Assembly (NCBI GenBank): GCA_038087875.1
Contig: CM075992.1
Coordinates: forward strand, 3,164,001 to 3,228,000
Source of the DNA: Malacoraja senta
Taxonomy: Eukaryota
DNA: 64,000 nucleotides
Reading direction: 5' to 3'
Each line of letters begins with the position of its first letter. Positions within the stretch are counted from its first letter, which is position 1. A program made the translations under genes and the position numbers. Shown piece by piece: positions 13,501 to 28,569 of this stretch. Below the pieces are notes generated by a model. The model saw nothing but the letters and a program-made list of their open reading frames with translations. It was not told the DNA's origin and ran no database searches.

Positions 13501-14157
13501 CTATACATGATTACAATCAAGCCGTCCAGATACAGGATCAAGGGAATAATGTTTAGTGCAGGATAAGGTCCAGTAAAGATCGGGTGAAGATACACCGAGG
13601 GTCTCCAATGAGGTAGATGAAAGGTCAGGACCGCTCCCTCGTAGGTTATAGGTCCATGAGGGGAGTTAAAACTCGATTCGAGTTCTAAACTTGGACTGAG
13701 AGGGTCTGTGTGTAGGCCAGGTGTTGCAGTGGGACTTCAGTTTAGTTCAGTTTATATTGACTCCATTTGTTTGACCATGAGCAGATCTTGTTCACCATCT
13801 CATGGACCTTACCTCAGTCCTCTTTACTCGAAGGAAATCGACCTCCAGCTTCTCCAGTCTGAGCCTCTCCCTGTAATCCCTTCATCCAAATCGTTTCTGA
13901 GTCAGCACTTTTTAGGAGCCAGCACAGGCTTCCTCAAGCCTAGTAACCTCAACTGGACTGCTGATTCCTCATTTGGATCAGCCAGTGGTTGAGAAATATT
14001 CCACAATGTGTCCCTGTTTTTGTATTAATTGTCTCTTATTAATGAATCCAAGGATCTCACACGCTGTATTGATCACCCTCTCAACCTACCCAACCACCCT
14101 CAGACAATAATGGACTCACCCTTCTGTCCAACACGCCCTTTGCTATCAAACCATAAA

Positions 14158-14654
<497 letters not shown>

Positions 14655-15140
14655 TAATCCGAGGGTTTGGGTAGATGGGGGAGGGATTGTACACAATTTT
14701 GACCTTAAGACGCAAAATGTTGGAGTAACTCAGCGGGACAGGCAGCATCTCTGGAGAGAAGGAATGGGTGACGTTTCGGGTCGAGACCCTTCTTCAGGCT
14801 GAAGGAGGACTTATTCAGTCTGAAGAAAGGTCACCCATTCCTTCTCTCCAGAGATGCTGCCTGTCCCGCTGAGTTACTCCAGCATTTTGAGTCGGTCTTC
14901 GATTTAAACCAGCATCTGCAGTTCTTTCCTACACCACTGACAACTTTGTTGTGTTAGGTTACCGGAGTTTAACCTGTGAATAGGGTGTTGTAATATTTTT
15001 TAACAAAAAAACTGAAAATTGCATTTAATACATAATATCAATTACCTAAACTGGAGATAAGCTGCTACTTTCATCCAGTGTTTGCGAAGGACATTTTAGC
15101 TAGCGCTGTGTTGTATTGGCATGGACACAGTGGGCTGAAG

Positions 15141-16016
15141 CATTGGCGGAAATCCTGGGAGGGACGTGGGGCATATTCCCCCCCCCCCCCTGTGTTTTGA
15201 GAGGTGGGGGACAATCCCCCCCCCCCCCATGTTTGTGAAACATGTTGCAGCAAAACCGCCCAGTAATGGCTGTAACGCCCAGGTGTTCTCGCCTGCCCTG
15301 GGACTGGCTGCCGTTCCCAGGTGTTCTCGCCTGCCCTGGGGCTGGCTGCCGTTCCCAGGTTGGCTCCCTTGCCCCGGGTCTGGCTGTAGCGCCCAGGTGG
15401 TCCCACCTGCTCCGGGACTGGCTGCAGTTCCCAGGTGGTCCCACCTGCTCCGGGACTGGCTGCAGTTCCCAGGTTGGCTCGCTTGCCCCGGGACTGGCTG
15501 CAGTTCCCAGGTGGTCTCACCTGCTCCGGGACTGGCTGCAGTTCCCAGGTGGTCCCACCTGCTCCGGGACTGGCTGCAGTTCCCAGGTTGGCTCGCTTGC
15601 CCCGGGACTGGCTGCAGTTCCCTGGTGGTCTCACCTGCTCCGGGACTGGCTGCAGTTCCCAGGTGGTCTCACCTGCTCCGGGACTGGCTGCAGTTCCCAG
15701 GTGGTCTTGCCTGCCCTGGGTCTGGCTGCAGTTCCCAGGTCACCTGCCTGCCCCGGGTCTGGCTGTAGTTCCCAGGTGGTCTTGCCTGCCCTGGGTCTGG
15801 CTGCAGTTCCCAGGTCACCTGCCTGCCCCGGGTCTGGCTGCAGTTCCCAGGTCGCGAAAACGAATTGAAAAAGAATACGCCTGCGGGCTGGATGATTTCG
15901 AGTTAAGGGCCAGATCCGGCCCGTGGGCCGTTGGTTGCCAACCCCTGTCCTAGATGTCAGGCCTCATTGTGTCCCCCTCCCCCCCCCCCATGTTTTAAAA
16001 GCGATTTCCGCCCATG
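15141..16016. mobile_element. hAT-like non-autonomous element carrying a minisatellite
   Basis: CATTGGCGGAAATC ... GATTTCCGCCCATG termini; flanks GGCTGAAG / GGTTGAAC (6/8). Confidence 0.65.
15265..15852. repeat. GC-rich minisatellite, about 38-bp unit, about 15 copies
   Basis: CCGGGACTGGCTGCAGTTCCCAGGTGGTCCCACCTGCT and variants in tandem. Confidence 0.95.
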
Positions 16017-16322
16017 GGTTGAACAGCCTGTTTCCTTGCTGCATCTCTAAACTAAAGCTGCCAGTTAAATTGTTTGTGGATAACAACACCAGCCAACCTC
16101 TTGCAAGCTGGCACGGGCAACGTTGTCCAATGATGGGGCATGGTTCTGTGGTCACCCAGAGCTGATATGGTAAAGCTAACCATCTAACAGCAGACTCCAA
16201 CCTCACCCACTCCCCCCACCTGACCCGCTGAGTTACTCCAGCACTTTGTGTCCTTATTTAATATAAACCAGCATCTGCAGTTCTTTGTTTCTACGATCTC
16301 AGGCTGGTGTTTGGTTTTGCAG

Positions 16323-16420
16323 GTGTTTGGGAACATTGCCGTTGATGATGATGAAGACAGTGAGATCAACCATCACAACAACTTCAGGACATTCTTCCAA
16401 GCCCTCACCCTACTTTTTCG
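16323..16420 (+). CDS. CACNA1A: CACNA1A exon 34 equivalent (domain IV turret), 98 bp
   Basis: ttgcag|GTG TTT GGG ... TTT CG|gtgcgt; [32 protein letters not shown](R). Confidence 0.94.
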
Positions 16421-17412
16421 GTGCGTACCAATTACCTTACTCATCGTTTCATGTTCCTCTCGCCTTCTGACAGCTGCTTGGGTGAAGGTCCATTAGACAT
16501 AGGAGCAGAATTAGGCCATTCAGCCCATCGACTCCACCATTCGATCATGGCTGATCTATTTTTCCCTCCCAACCCCATTCTCCTCCCTTCACTCAGTAAC
16601 CTTTGAGACCCTTACTAATCAAAATCATGTTAATCTCCGCCTTCTTCTTGCGTATGGCATGCACAGCCTAAAGTTGTAGGTCAACTTGTTCCATTTGGTC
16701 TTGTGAGTGCATGTCAGGTTGATTGCATTAGTCGAAACAGGGCGGACCACGTGAAGGTTGCAATCTTCCACCTCATCTCCGCCATAATGATACCCAATGA
16801 CATGGCATGAATTCCACAGCTTATTTATCCTCTGGCCAAAGAAATTACTCTACATCCCCATTCTAAAGTTTCTTCCTTTAATTGTAAGGCTGTGCCCTCT
16901 GATTGTAGACTCTCCCACTAGTGATTGTGGATGATCAGCCATGATCACATTGAATGGCGGTGCTGACTCGAAGTGCCGAATGGCCTACTCCTGCACCTAT
17001 TGTCTATTGTGGAAACATCCTCTCCGCATTCACTCTGTCCAGGCCTTTCCTTACCCTGTAGGTTTCAATGGGGTCCTCCCTCATCCTTCTAAACTTGAGC
17101 GTGGGTAGACACAAAATGCTGGAGTAACTCATCAGGTGAGGCAGCATCTCTGGAGAGGAATGGGTGACGTCCATTCCTTCTCTCCAGAGATGCTGCCTCA
17201 CCCGCTGAGTTATTGCAGCATTTTGTGTCTCCCTTCGATGTCACCAGCATCTGCAGTTCCTTCTGAAGCTCTAGCGTGTACATGCCCATGTATGTTTACC
17301 CAATCATTGCCAGGACCATTGTCGTGCTTCATATTCCACGCGCTCCCAGCCACCAGCTTTATCTCTGGCACCAACCCCTCCCTTCCAGTGACTGAGACCT
17401 CATAGAATATAA

Positions 17413-17838
17413 TGGGCCTGTCCCACTGGCATGCGGTTGCATGCGAAGCGGAGTTCGTGCTAAGTTCGCGCGTGACGTAATTCGCATCATACTTACCAAT
17501 CAGCTGGGCAGGAGGCGGGCCGACTGAATTTGGGCGTCGCACGGTGCCGGGCGGTGACGTCATCACGCAACGCCACGCCGGGCGGTGACGTCATTGCGCA
17601 ACGCCACGCGCTAGGCATACGCTCTCAACGCGCCTGCGGGCCGACAGGCCGTTGGCGAGCGAAATTTTTGGACAGTGCGGGATTTTCGGAGCCCCGCACG
17701 ATCTCGGGACCAGCCCCGCACAACTCCATACGCCTCCGCGCTTCAAAGTGGGACCGGCCCCGCGCGGCCTGTAAGCCTCAAACGACCACGTTTGGTCGCG
17801 CCAGACGCATGCAATCGCATGCAAGTGGGACAGGCCCT
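17413..17838. mobile_element. PIF/Harbinger-like MITE
   Basis: TGGGCCTGTCCCACTGGCATGCG ... CGCATGCAAGTGGGACAGGCCCT, TSD TAA. Confidence 0.8.
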
Positions 17839-19811
17839 TAAGGCATCCTAGCAGCCTGAACCCTGCCCACCTTTGTCGCATAGTCTCACGGTGGAATGGA
17901 GCCCTTGTGATGGAGGTTTATACAAGGGGGGAGAGACTGATGGAGTTGGTGACTGTGCGGGTGGTGACCTCATATTTTTCCATGGTATAGAAGGAGGCCA
18001 TTTGGCTCATCGGATCTAAACTGGCTCTTAGAGCAATCCCTCCAGCCGCATTCCCCCCACTCATCTGTCCTCTCTCTCGCCCCGTCAAGTCAAGTGTGTT
18101 TTATTGTCATGTGTCCCAGATAGGACAATGAAATTCTTGCTTGCTGCAGTACAACAGAATATGTAAACATAATACAAAACGGAAGATAAAAGTTCAGTGT
18201 GTCTATAGACCATAGACCACATATATGCCTCAGTGGAGGCAGGTTCTCTGGATGCTTTCAAGAGAGAGCTAGATAGGGCTTTTAAAAATAGCGGAGTCAG
18301 GGGATATGGGGAGAAGGCAGGAACGGGGTACTGATTGGGGATGATCAGCCATGATCACATTGAATGGCGGTGCTGGCTCAAAGGGCCGAATGGCCTACTC
18401 CTGCACCTATTGTCTATTGTCTATATACACAATAAATAAACAGATATAGTGCAATAATAATAATAGACCGTTATTGTTCAGAGTTTATTTGATGTCGTGT
18501 TTAATAGCCTGATGGCTGTGGGGAAGTAGCTATTCCTGAACCTGGATGTTACAGATTTCAGGCTCCTGTACCTTCTACCCGATGGCATTCTCCGACCACC
18601 CCCTCACATTGCTAACTCATCTTTTGACTTGCTCATCATTGGGAGATGGGGGGGGGAGGTGGACCATCCAAGGGAAATCAACACAGTCACAGGGAGACCG
18701 TGCAAACTCCACACAGACAGCATCTTTGGGCGGCACTGTGGGGCAGTGGATAGAGTTGCTGCATCCCAGCGCCAGATTCCCAGGTTTGATCCCGAGCCCA
18801 GGAATTATTTTACTCGGGGCCAATTAACCTACAAACCCACACACACGTTTTTTGGGATGTGAGAGGAAACAGGGAGGAGAGCCACGCGGTCACGGGGAGA
18901 ACGTGCAAACTCCACACACAGACAGCAGCCGAGGTCTCTGGCGCTGTGAGGCAGCAGCTCTACCCGCTGAGGTACTGCGCTATCCTGAACCTGCTGCTCA
19001 AAGATTCTCCCTGGGCTGGTCCTTTGTTAGGCGTGTGAGTCAGGAACAGCTTCTTCCCCACAGCCATCAGGCTATTATACACAACGAATAAGCTCTGAGC
19101 TCTGAACTGTAAAAGACTATATTATTATTTGTTATTTGTCATTTATTGAACTTTTTCTTTTTTTCTCCCGTTTTATACAATGTTTACATATTCACTTTAT
19201 CTGTTGTGCTGCAGCAAGTAAGAATTTCATTGTCCTATCTGGGACACATGACAATACAACACTTCTTCTTTCGTGTGGCGTGCACAGCCTAAAGTTGTTG
19301 GACAACTTGTTCTATTTGATGGTACACAACAATGCTGGAGAAACTCAGTCTACATCCTGGGGGCATGAACATTGAATTCTCCCAATTTTGCTAGCCCTTG
19401 CTGTCTCCTCCCCTTCCTCAGCCCTCTGGTTGTCTCCTCCCATCCCTCAGCCCTCGGGCTCCTCCTCCGCCTTTTTCCTTTCTTCTCCCCACCCCCTATC
19501 AGTCTGAAGAAGGATTTCGGCCCGAAACGTTGCCTATTTCCTTCGCTCCATAGATGCTGCTGCACCCGCTGAGTTTCTCCAGCATTTTTGTCTACCTTCG
19601 ATTTCCCAGCATCTGCAGTTCCTTCTTTAACACGTGTTCTATTTGATCTTCCGTTTCTGCACGTCGAGTTGATTGCATTAGTCGAAACAGGGCGGACCAC
19701 GTGAAGGTTGCAATCTCCCACCCCCACAATAAAACACTCTTTGACTCTTGACTTGAGCTGCTGACTGGCAAGGAAGGGCCGGAGCTGACCTTGTGTCTGT
19801 GTGTGTTTCAG

Positions 19812-19962
19812 GAGTGCCACAGGAGAGGCCTGGCACAGCATCATGTTGTCATGCTTGGGCGGCAAACTGTGTGACCCTCGCTCGGGCATCGCGGGCCACG
19901 AGTGCGGCAACGAGTTTGCCTATTTCTACTTTGTCTCCTTTATCTTCCTCTGCTCCTTCCTG
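19812..19962 (+). CDS. CACNA1A: CACNA1A exon 35 equivalent (domain IV pore loop with selectivity-filter Glu, IVS6), 151 bp
   Basis: tttcag|G AGT GCC ACA GGA GAG ... TTC CTG|gtaagt; [50 protein letters not shown]. Confidence 0.96.
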
Positions 19963-22028
19963 GTAAGTGACACACCCAACGAATGCAGCGAAACGTGACC
20001 TTCTTATATGTGTGAAGCAATACGATACGGTCAAACGTTATTCATCCGCGCGCAGTGAAAATGGCCAGCCGACAGTCACAACACACAACAAGGTGTACGG
20101 AAAACTTGAAATTATAAGTGAAAACGAAAAGAAAAAGACAAGCGACTGTTGGCTGGCAGAGAGTGGCGAGTCTGTGGAATTCTCTGCCTCAGAGGGCGGT
20201 GGAGGCAGGTTCTCTGGATGCTTTCAAGAGAGAGCTAGACAGGGCTCTTAAAGATAGCGGAGTCAGGGGATATGGGGAGAAGGCAGGAACGGGGTACTGA
20301 TTGGGGATGATCAGCCATGATCACATTGAATGGCGGTGCTGGCTCGAAGGGCCGAATGGCCTACTCCTGCACCTATTGTCTATTGGCTGCCGTGTGCACA
20401 GCCCCTTCACTGGAACAAACTAACAAACACAGACTTATCCCCTGGGCAGAAGATTCTAAACTAGCGTGCCCCCCCACCCCCACACCGGGTACCCCTTTGT
20501 TATCCCACCGCCATTGTCTTCCCCTTCCCCCCCCCCTCACGCTCATCGACCACGAGGCCCCACCGCCACCAAGGCCCACGTTGCTGCCGCCTAGTCTCTG
20601 AAATAAGTTCATGTTTATAAGTTGTAGGAGCTCTATATGGATAAAATCTCTGCACCTCATTCCTTCATAAGTGATGGGAGTAGAAGTAACCATTCTGCTC
20701 ATCAAGTCTACTCTGCCATTCGATTATGGCTGATCTATCTCTCCCTCCTAACCCCATTCTCCTGCCTTCTCCCCATAACCCCTGACACCCGTACTAATCA
20801 AGAATCTATCTATCGTTGCCTTAAAAATATCCATTGATTTGGCCTCCACAGCCGTCTGTGGTAATGAATTCCATAGATTGCACTAAATGTTGCACCCTTT
20901 ATACTTTATCTGCTCACTGTGGACAGCTTGCTTGTATTCATGGGTAATCTTTTCTTGGGACTAGACAGCAAGCTGACAAAAGCTTTTCACTGAAGGTAGA
21001 CACAAAAAGCTGGGTAACTCAGCGGGACAGGCAGCATCTCTGGAGAGAAAGAATGGGTGACGTTTCGCGTCGAGACCCTTCTTCTGAGTCGGAGGAAAGG
21101 GAAACGAGAGATATAGACGGCGATATAGAGAGATATAGAACAAAGAAATTAAAGATATGCAAATGATGATCAAGGAAACAGTCCATTGTTAGCTGGGGGG
21201 TAGGTGAAAATGAGTTACTCACCAGGACGACAGTGAAACTAGTACTACGTCTTGGGTGGGGGAGGGACGGGGAGAGAGGGGATGCAAGGGTTACTTGAAG
21301 CTCATTTTTTCTTGATTTCCTGATTAGTGCGGGTGTCTGAAATATAGAAAAGGTTATAGAAACTTACAAAATTCTTAAGGGATTGGACAGGCTAGATGCA
21401 AGAAGATTGTTCCCGATGTTGGGGAAGTCCAGGACAAGGGGTCACAGTTTAAGGATAAGGGGGAAGTCTTTCAGGACCGAGATGAGAATTTTTTTTTTCA
21501 CACAGAGAGTGGTGAATCTGTGGATTTCTCTGCCACAGAAGGTAGTTGAGGCCAGTCATTGGCTATATTTAAGAGGGAGTTAGATGTGGCCCTTGTGGAT
21601 AAAGGGATCAGGGGGTATGGAGAGAAGGCAGGTACAGGATACTGAGTTGGATGATCAGCCATGATCATATTGAATGGCGGTGCAGGCTCAAAGGGCCGAA
21701 TGGCCTACTCCTGCACCTATTTTCTATGTTTCTATGTCAGGGGTTATGGGGAGAAGGCAGGAGAATGGGGTTAGGAGGGAGAGATAGATCAGCCAGGATT
21801 TAATGGCGGAGTAGACTCGATGGGCCGAATGGCCTAATTCTGCTCCTATCACTTATGAACGTATGAAATCAATATTCATGCCACAGGGTTGTAAGCTGCC
21901 CACACAAAATAGGAGGCGCTGTTCCCCCAATTTGCGTTTTGTACCCCGGTACATGTGGTAATAATAAACTGAGCTGAACCAGACTAAAGTGGTTCATAAA
22001 ACTTGCGAGCTTTGTGTTTCTCCATTAG

Positions 22029-22157
<129 letters not shown>

Positions 22158-25100
22158 TAAGTCTGTGTCTGCCGCAAGTCTCCTTCCCCGTGCAGAATTC
22201 CGGGAGATGGGAAAAACATAGAAAAATAGGTGCGGGAGTAGGCCATTCGGCCCTTTGAGCCAGCACCGCCATTCAATATAATCATGGCTGATCATCCAAA
22301 ATCAGTACCCCGTTCCTGATTTCTCCCCATATCCCTTGATTCCGTTAGCCCTCACAGCTAAGTCTAACTCTCTCTTGAATACATCCGGTGAATTGGCCTC
22401 CACTGCCTTCTGTGGCAGAGAATTCCACAGATTCACAACTCTCTGGGTGAAAAAGTCTACAGGTTCAAAACTTTCCTGGTAAAGGCAGAATAGCAAGCCA
22501 CATCCACACTGGTGTTGGAAGCAATATACCTTAACACCCACTGGACGGCGATAAGGTGCTCACTGTTTGATCTGGGAGGCGGGGACAGTCGGCAACATCT
22601 CCCAGCTCGGACCCAAACATCACAGTTGCGGGAGGACGGGGGTGGGAGGGGGCCTTAGTTCCTGCATCCTTCTGGAAGACCTGACATAGACATCTTCTTT
22701 CAGGAGGGTGGAACCTCCCTGCTTAACCTTTCTTGATTAGTACGGGTGTCCGAGATTATGGGGAGAAGGCAGGAGAATGTGGTTAGGAGGGAGAGATAGA
22801 TCACCCATGATTGAATGGCGGAGTAGACTTGATGGGCGGGATGTCCTAATTCTACTCCTATTCCTTATGATATAACCTCAGCTTAAAACATGATCAATTT
22901 CCAACTTTTCTGAGCTCCGATGTGCGGCCATTGTGCTGAAACATTAATTCTATTCCTCTCTCTGCAGATACTGTCTGGCCCGCTGAATCCTTCCCTTATT
23001 TCCCATTCTTATTTCCCATTTCCAGCCTCGGCAGTATTTTGATTTCCGAGCCTTGAGAATCCCCTCTGCAACCTCCATAGTTCTGTTGCTTCCTCTCCAT
23101 ACAATGATTGTGGTTACAAATTACCAGCTGATCTGGCGATGAACCTTGGTGTCTTCATAAAACATTGCCTGCTGTAGGAACGGGCGCCCAGATAGAGATT
23201 TGATTCGAGTCCAACCGACCTCCCCCTGCAAATGCTCCAGAAAGTGAGAGACCGTTTAATGAATCATCCCTCTGGAGTAAAACAATTCTCATTATATTGG
23301 CGATAGACACAAAATGCTGGAGTTACTCAGCGGGACAGGCAGCATCTCTGGAGAGAAGGAACGGGTGACGTTTCTGGTCGAGGTCCTTCTTCTTCAGAAG
23401 ATGGGTCTGAAGAAGGGTGTCGACCCATTCATAGAAACATAGAAAATAGGTGCAGGAGGAAGCCATTCGGCCCTTCGAGCCAGCACCGCCATTCATTGTG
23501 ATCATGGCTGATCATCCCCAATCAATAACCCGTGCCTGCCTTCTCTCCAGAGATGCTGCCTGTCCCGCTGAGTTACTCCAGCATTTTGTGTCTATCTTCG
23601 GTGTAAACCAGCATCTGCAGTTCCTTCCTCCACCATTATATTGGCAATGGGACAGGGACAAGATTCAAAGGCAGTCTGTCTCTGGATACATGTCAAGAGA
23701 ATGCAAACCTTCCCCATTTGCTTGAGGTAAATGTACGCAAGAGCAAATTGCTGCTAATCTCCTCCATTTCAGTCATCTTTGGAGTCTTTGACCCCACACT
23801 GTGGAAGCTGAGTAGCTACACAAATGTCCCTCATCTGCCCTCTTGTGTGAAGTGAAAATAAGTTGCCCACTGAAAATAATAGCAGAGAAAATAAGTTGAT
23901 CAGGGGTAGAATCGTGGAGGGCAACTTGAATACATGAGGTCCTTCCTTGCCAGGACATGTTCCTTCCTGCCTTCCCCTATCTGTCACCAGACCGAAGTAA
24001 AAGGTTCTATAAACTCCCCTCCTTTCGTGATTTGTATTGCACCAGCCTTGTCCACAATGTTGTGTGTCGACCCTGCTGTGATTTCTTCGTCAAATGTCTT
24101 CTGGGACACCGTGTTATTTTAACAAAAACAAAAAATGATGTTTACTGCAAGTTCTGTGCTGGAAATGTGTGGCTAATCTTAAATTCATCCTGCATCAGTT
24201 TAAAGTTGCATTGCGTTGTCAAGGCGTATCCTGGCTTTGAGATGCTACCAAAAACCATATTGGTTTCTCACTGGAGTCTTCACAGCTCGTCCCAGAAATT
24301 GCCCTGGGGCAGCACGGTGGCGCAGCGGTAGAGTTGCTGCCTTACAGCGCCAGAGACCCGGGTTGGATCCTGTCTCTGGGTGCTGTCTGTGCGGAGTTTG
24401 CACGTTCTCCCCTCTGGTTTCCTCCCCACACTCTTTTTCCTCAGAAGAAGAAGGGTCTCAACCCGAAACGTCACCCATCCCTTCTCTCCAGAGATGATGC
24501 ATGTCCTGCTGAGTTATTCCAGCAGTTTGTGTCTGTCTATCTCAGGTTTGTAGGTTCATTGGCTTGATGTAATTAGACAATAGACAATAGGTGCAGGAGT
24601 AGGTCATTTGGCCCTTCGAGCCAGCACCGCCATTCAATGTGATCATGGCTGATCATCCCCAATCAGTACCCCGTTCCTGCCTTCTCCCCATATCCCCTGA
24701 CTTCGCTATTTTTAAGAGCCCTATCTAGCTCTCTCTTGAAAGCATCCAGAGAACCTGCCTCCACCGCCCTCTGAGGCAGAGAATTCCACAGACTCACCAC
24801 TCTCTGGGAGAAAAAGTGTTTCCTCATCTCCGTTCTAAATGGCTTACTCCTTATTCTTAAACTGTGGCCCCTGGTTCTGGTTCTAATTGTAAATTGTAAA
24901 TTGTCCCTGGTGTGGGTAGGACTAGTGTTAGTGTGCGTGGATCGCTGGTCGGCGAGGCCACGGTGGGCCGAAAAGCCTGTTGCCGCTCTGTATCTCTAAA
25001 CGAAACTAAATTAAAACTTAATCTTCCCCAAATTCCTTGCAATTTACTTATGAAAATATTATTGGCATTAAATGTTCAAGAAACTCTCCCTCTTTAGACC

Positions 25101-27060
25101 CAAGCAATTAAAACATTTACTTTAATCTGCCATACCCACGATGGAAAGGGAAATGTTGGAATAGAGTTTTCTGCCACAATAGCTGGTCAGCTCAAGACCC
25201 GAGTACAGAGGAGTGTGAAATTATTCTGGAGTTTGAGTCATTGACTTCCAGAGATTTACAACACAAACTGAGGCCCTTCGGCCCATCATATCCATGCTGG
25301 GAAAATACCAAACGTATAGACAGGAAAATAGGAAATAACGGGATAAATTATTGGGGATATTATGTGAACCAGGGGCCTGATGTATAAAATACAAGTAGAG
25401 CTAATCTGATTCGGGGCGGCACAGTGACCCTGGTTCGATCCTGACCTCGGGTGCTGGTGTTTGCGTGCAATTTGCCTGTGACCGTGTGGGTTTTATCCAG
25501 GTGCTCTGGTTTCCTCCCACCTCCCAAAGATGTGCATGTCTGTAGGTTAATTGGCTTCTGTAAATTGACCAGGATGAAACTAGCGCTGATCGCTGGTCGG
25601 CGTGGACTCGGTGGGCCGAAGGGCCTGTTTCCGCGCTGCACCTCTTAACTAAACTAAAGAAGATAATTGGGTGATCTGTACTGTTATGTCGACTGTATGA
25701 AACACACTGAATAAAGCTTTGTCAAAAGTAAAATAGGCAAATTAAATCTTTGCCATCCTCTGCAACTTTAAACATCTGATTGTCTGGTTTGTTGGTGATT
25801 TTTGTTCTGAAAGTTACTCTTCCCAGCATGTGTCGAGGGCAATACCCTGGTTGTATTCTGTTACAGTAATGGGGTCATCTAGCTGTTGTCTGCCCTGCAG
25901 CTTAGGGTTTGCTACCATTAAGTGTGTTGATACCATAGGTTGTTGCCTACAGGACTGTCCATAGATGTGGCAACCCATAGCTGATACACAAAATGAGGCC
26001 CGTTTCTTCCCACGTCCCAAAGACGTGCGGGTTTGTGGGTTTGTAAGTGATAGGAATAGAATTAGACCTTTCGGCCCATCAAGTCTACTCTGCCATTCAA
26101 TCATGGCTGATCTATCTCTCCCTCCTAACCCCATTCTCCTGCCTTCTCACCATAACCTCTGACACCCGCACTAACCAAGAATCTATCTGTCTCTGCCTTA
26201 AAAATATTCACTTACTTTGCCTCCACAGCCTTTTGTGGCAAAGAATTCCACAGATTCACCACCTTCGGACTAAAGAAATTCCTCCTCATCTCCTTCCTAA
26301 AGGAACGTCCTATAATGCTGTGGCTATGACCTCTAGTCCTAGCCATTCACATTGAGCAAATCATAACACCTACCAAGCCTAATCTCCAGGCTCATTGCAT
26401 TTTAAAATCATTTTAATGAACGCCCCTTAGGTTGGGTTTCTCAATCATAGTCATAGTTATACAGGCCCTTCAGCCCCTTGTCCATGTTGACCAAGATCCA
26501 AACTAGCCCCACCAGCCTGCATGTGGCCCATATCCATGCAAACCTTTCCTATCCATGTACTTGTTCAAGTGTATGTTAAATATTGTGACTCTACCTGCTT
26601 TAACCACTTCCTGAGTTTTGAAAAAGGATCCTGACCTGAAATATTGTTTGCCCATTCCCACCACCGCTGCCCGACCCACTGAGTTCCTCCAGCAGTTTGA
26701 TTTCTGCTCAGCATACTGGCGAATGGTCCGTGCACCCTGTCCGAGCTTGTTCGCTCATTCTTGGGCTGTAGGCACTGCTGGTGACAGCGTTCGATTCCCA
26801 TGAGAAGGCAGTGGCGAAGTATCACTGTAGCCCATGCGATGACCATCCTCCTCACCCATGCAGTGAGCGAGAGAGGTTCCACAATCCATACCCAAAGAAT
26901 AATGGCGATCCATTGAGATGATTAGGACGTGGAATGGAAGCTGCAGGCACTGGTGTTCCTAAGTATCTGCTGCCCCTTGACATCATGGGTTTGTAGGTGA
27001 TGTCGCCTTATTGTAGATTAATTTCAAATTACATTACAACCAGGTTCAATTCCACCTTGT

Positions 27061-27356
27061 GCGGCACGGTGGCGCAGCGGTAGAGTTGCTGCCATATGGC
27101 GCCAGAGACCCGGGTTCCATCCTGACTACGGGTGCTGTCTGTACGGAGTTTGCACGTTCTCCCCGTGACCTGCGTGGGTTTTCTCCGGGTGCTCCGGTTT
27201 CCTCCCACATTCCAAAGTCGTACAGGTTTGTAGGTTAATTGGCTTCGGTGAAATTGTAAATTCCAGTGTGTGTGTGTAGGATGGTGTTAGGTGTGCGGGG
27301 ATATCTGCTCGGCACGGACTCGATGGGCCGATGGGCCAGTTTCCATGCTGTATCTC
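27061..27356 (+). mobile_element. HE1-like SINE, near full length
   Basis: Same A/B boxes, core and tail as 938-1234. Confidence 0.85.
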
Positions 27357-27881
27357 ATTATTCCACATTCATTCCACCAGCTCAGATGTTCATTCTGGCA
27401 TCTTACCCCCTATCCAGGCAATCGGAGATGCAGTTAAGGCTTTAATTATGATGGTAGCTTTTTACTACCAATGAGAACCTTCACAAACTAACTCCACATG
27501 AATGACGTGCAGGTTTGTAGGTTAATTGGCTTGGTATAAATGTAAATTGTCCCTAGTGTGTGTGTGTGTGTGTAGGATAGTGTAGGATCAGTGCAGACTC
27601 GGTGGGCCGAAGGGCCTCTTTCCACGCTGTATCTTGAAACTAAACTTGGGCTGAAGGGAAATTAGAGGGATGGAGAGTTTGGGTTGCTGATCAGGCCATT
27701 GGCTCAGGGAATGGCACCTTGTGTAGTGTGGGATCGGTGTGACTGTGGAACTGCTGCAAACCAGCCAATTGGATTCTCAGATGTGCTGTGCTTTACGATG
27801 ATGTTTTATACCTTACGCTGCTCGATGTTAATCTGTGAAAGTTCTCTGTTTGAACCTCGCAGCCATGTTTTCACTAACTGA

Positions 27882-27998
<117 letters not shown>

Positions 27999-28472
27999 TG
28001 ACTTCCACTAAGCTACCAACTTCGGCATCAATGAATGAGTGTGCTTCCTCCTTGTTTTTTGCATTTCTTGGAGTAGAATGTACAGGAAAATGCAGTCGGC
28101 TAGACAAACCAGCATGGAATATGCACATCTACCTCAGCCTCAGACATTGCTGCTTGTATGAACCAAAACCACCTGGCATCTTGGGTTCAGTAGTGTTCAT
28201 TGCTGTCGGGGACAGAAACTGCATTGACATAGACCGCATCTCCTCACAACAGGCTTCTCATCAAAGATTTCTCTTTCTGTGCGTCTCTATGCAATAGTTA
28301 AGACAATTGCATAGTAATTGGGTGAATTTCTGTGGTTGACAGACCCGTAAAGAATAACCTTGTAATTTTTTTTTTGTGTTTTTTTTTTGTTTGTTCCCTT
28401 CCGTTTTTTTTTTTTAACCCTTTACGTTCGTCACGGACGCATCCTCTTTATTGCCTCATTTCCGCTACGCAG

Positions 28473-28569
28473 TGGCCGCATCAGTTACACTGATATGTAT
28501 GAGATGTTGAGACACATGTCTCCACCTTTAGGCCTGGGAAAGAAATGTCCTACGCAAGTTGCTTATAAG
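28473..28569 (+). CDS. CACNA1A: CACNA1A mutually exclusive exon 37b (EFb), 97 bp
   Basis: T-rich tract upstream, acgcag|T GGC CGC ... TAT AAG|gtagaa; [32 protein letters not shown]. Confidence 0.93.

Noticed and set aside
15071..15953. Overlapping 114-208 aa ORFs with periodic peptides
   Set aside because: Produced by a nearly stop-free 38-bp minisatellite; no gene structure
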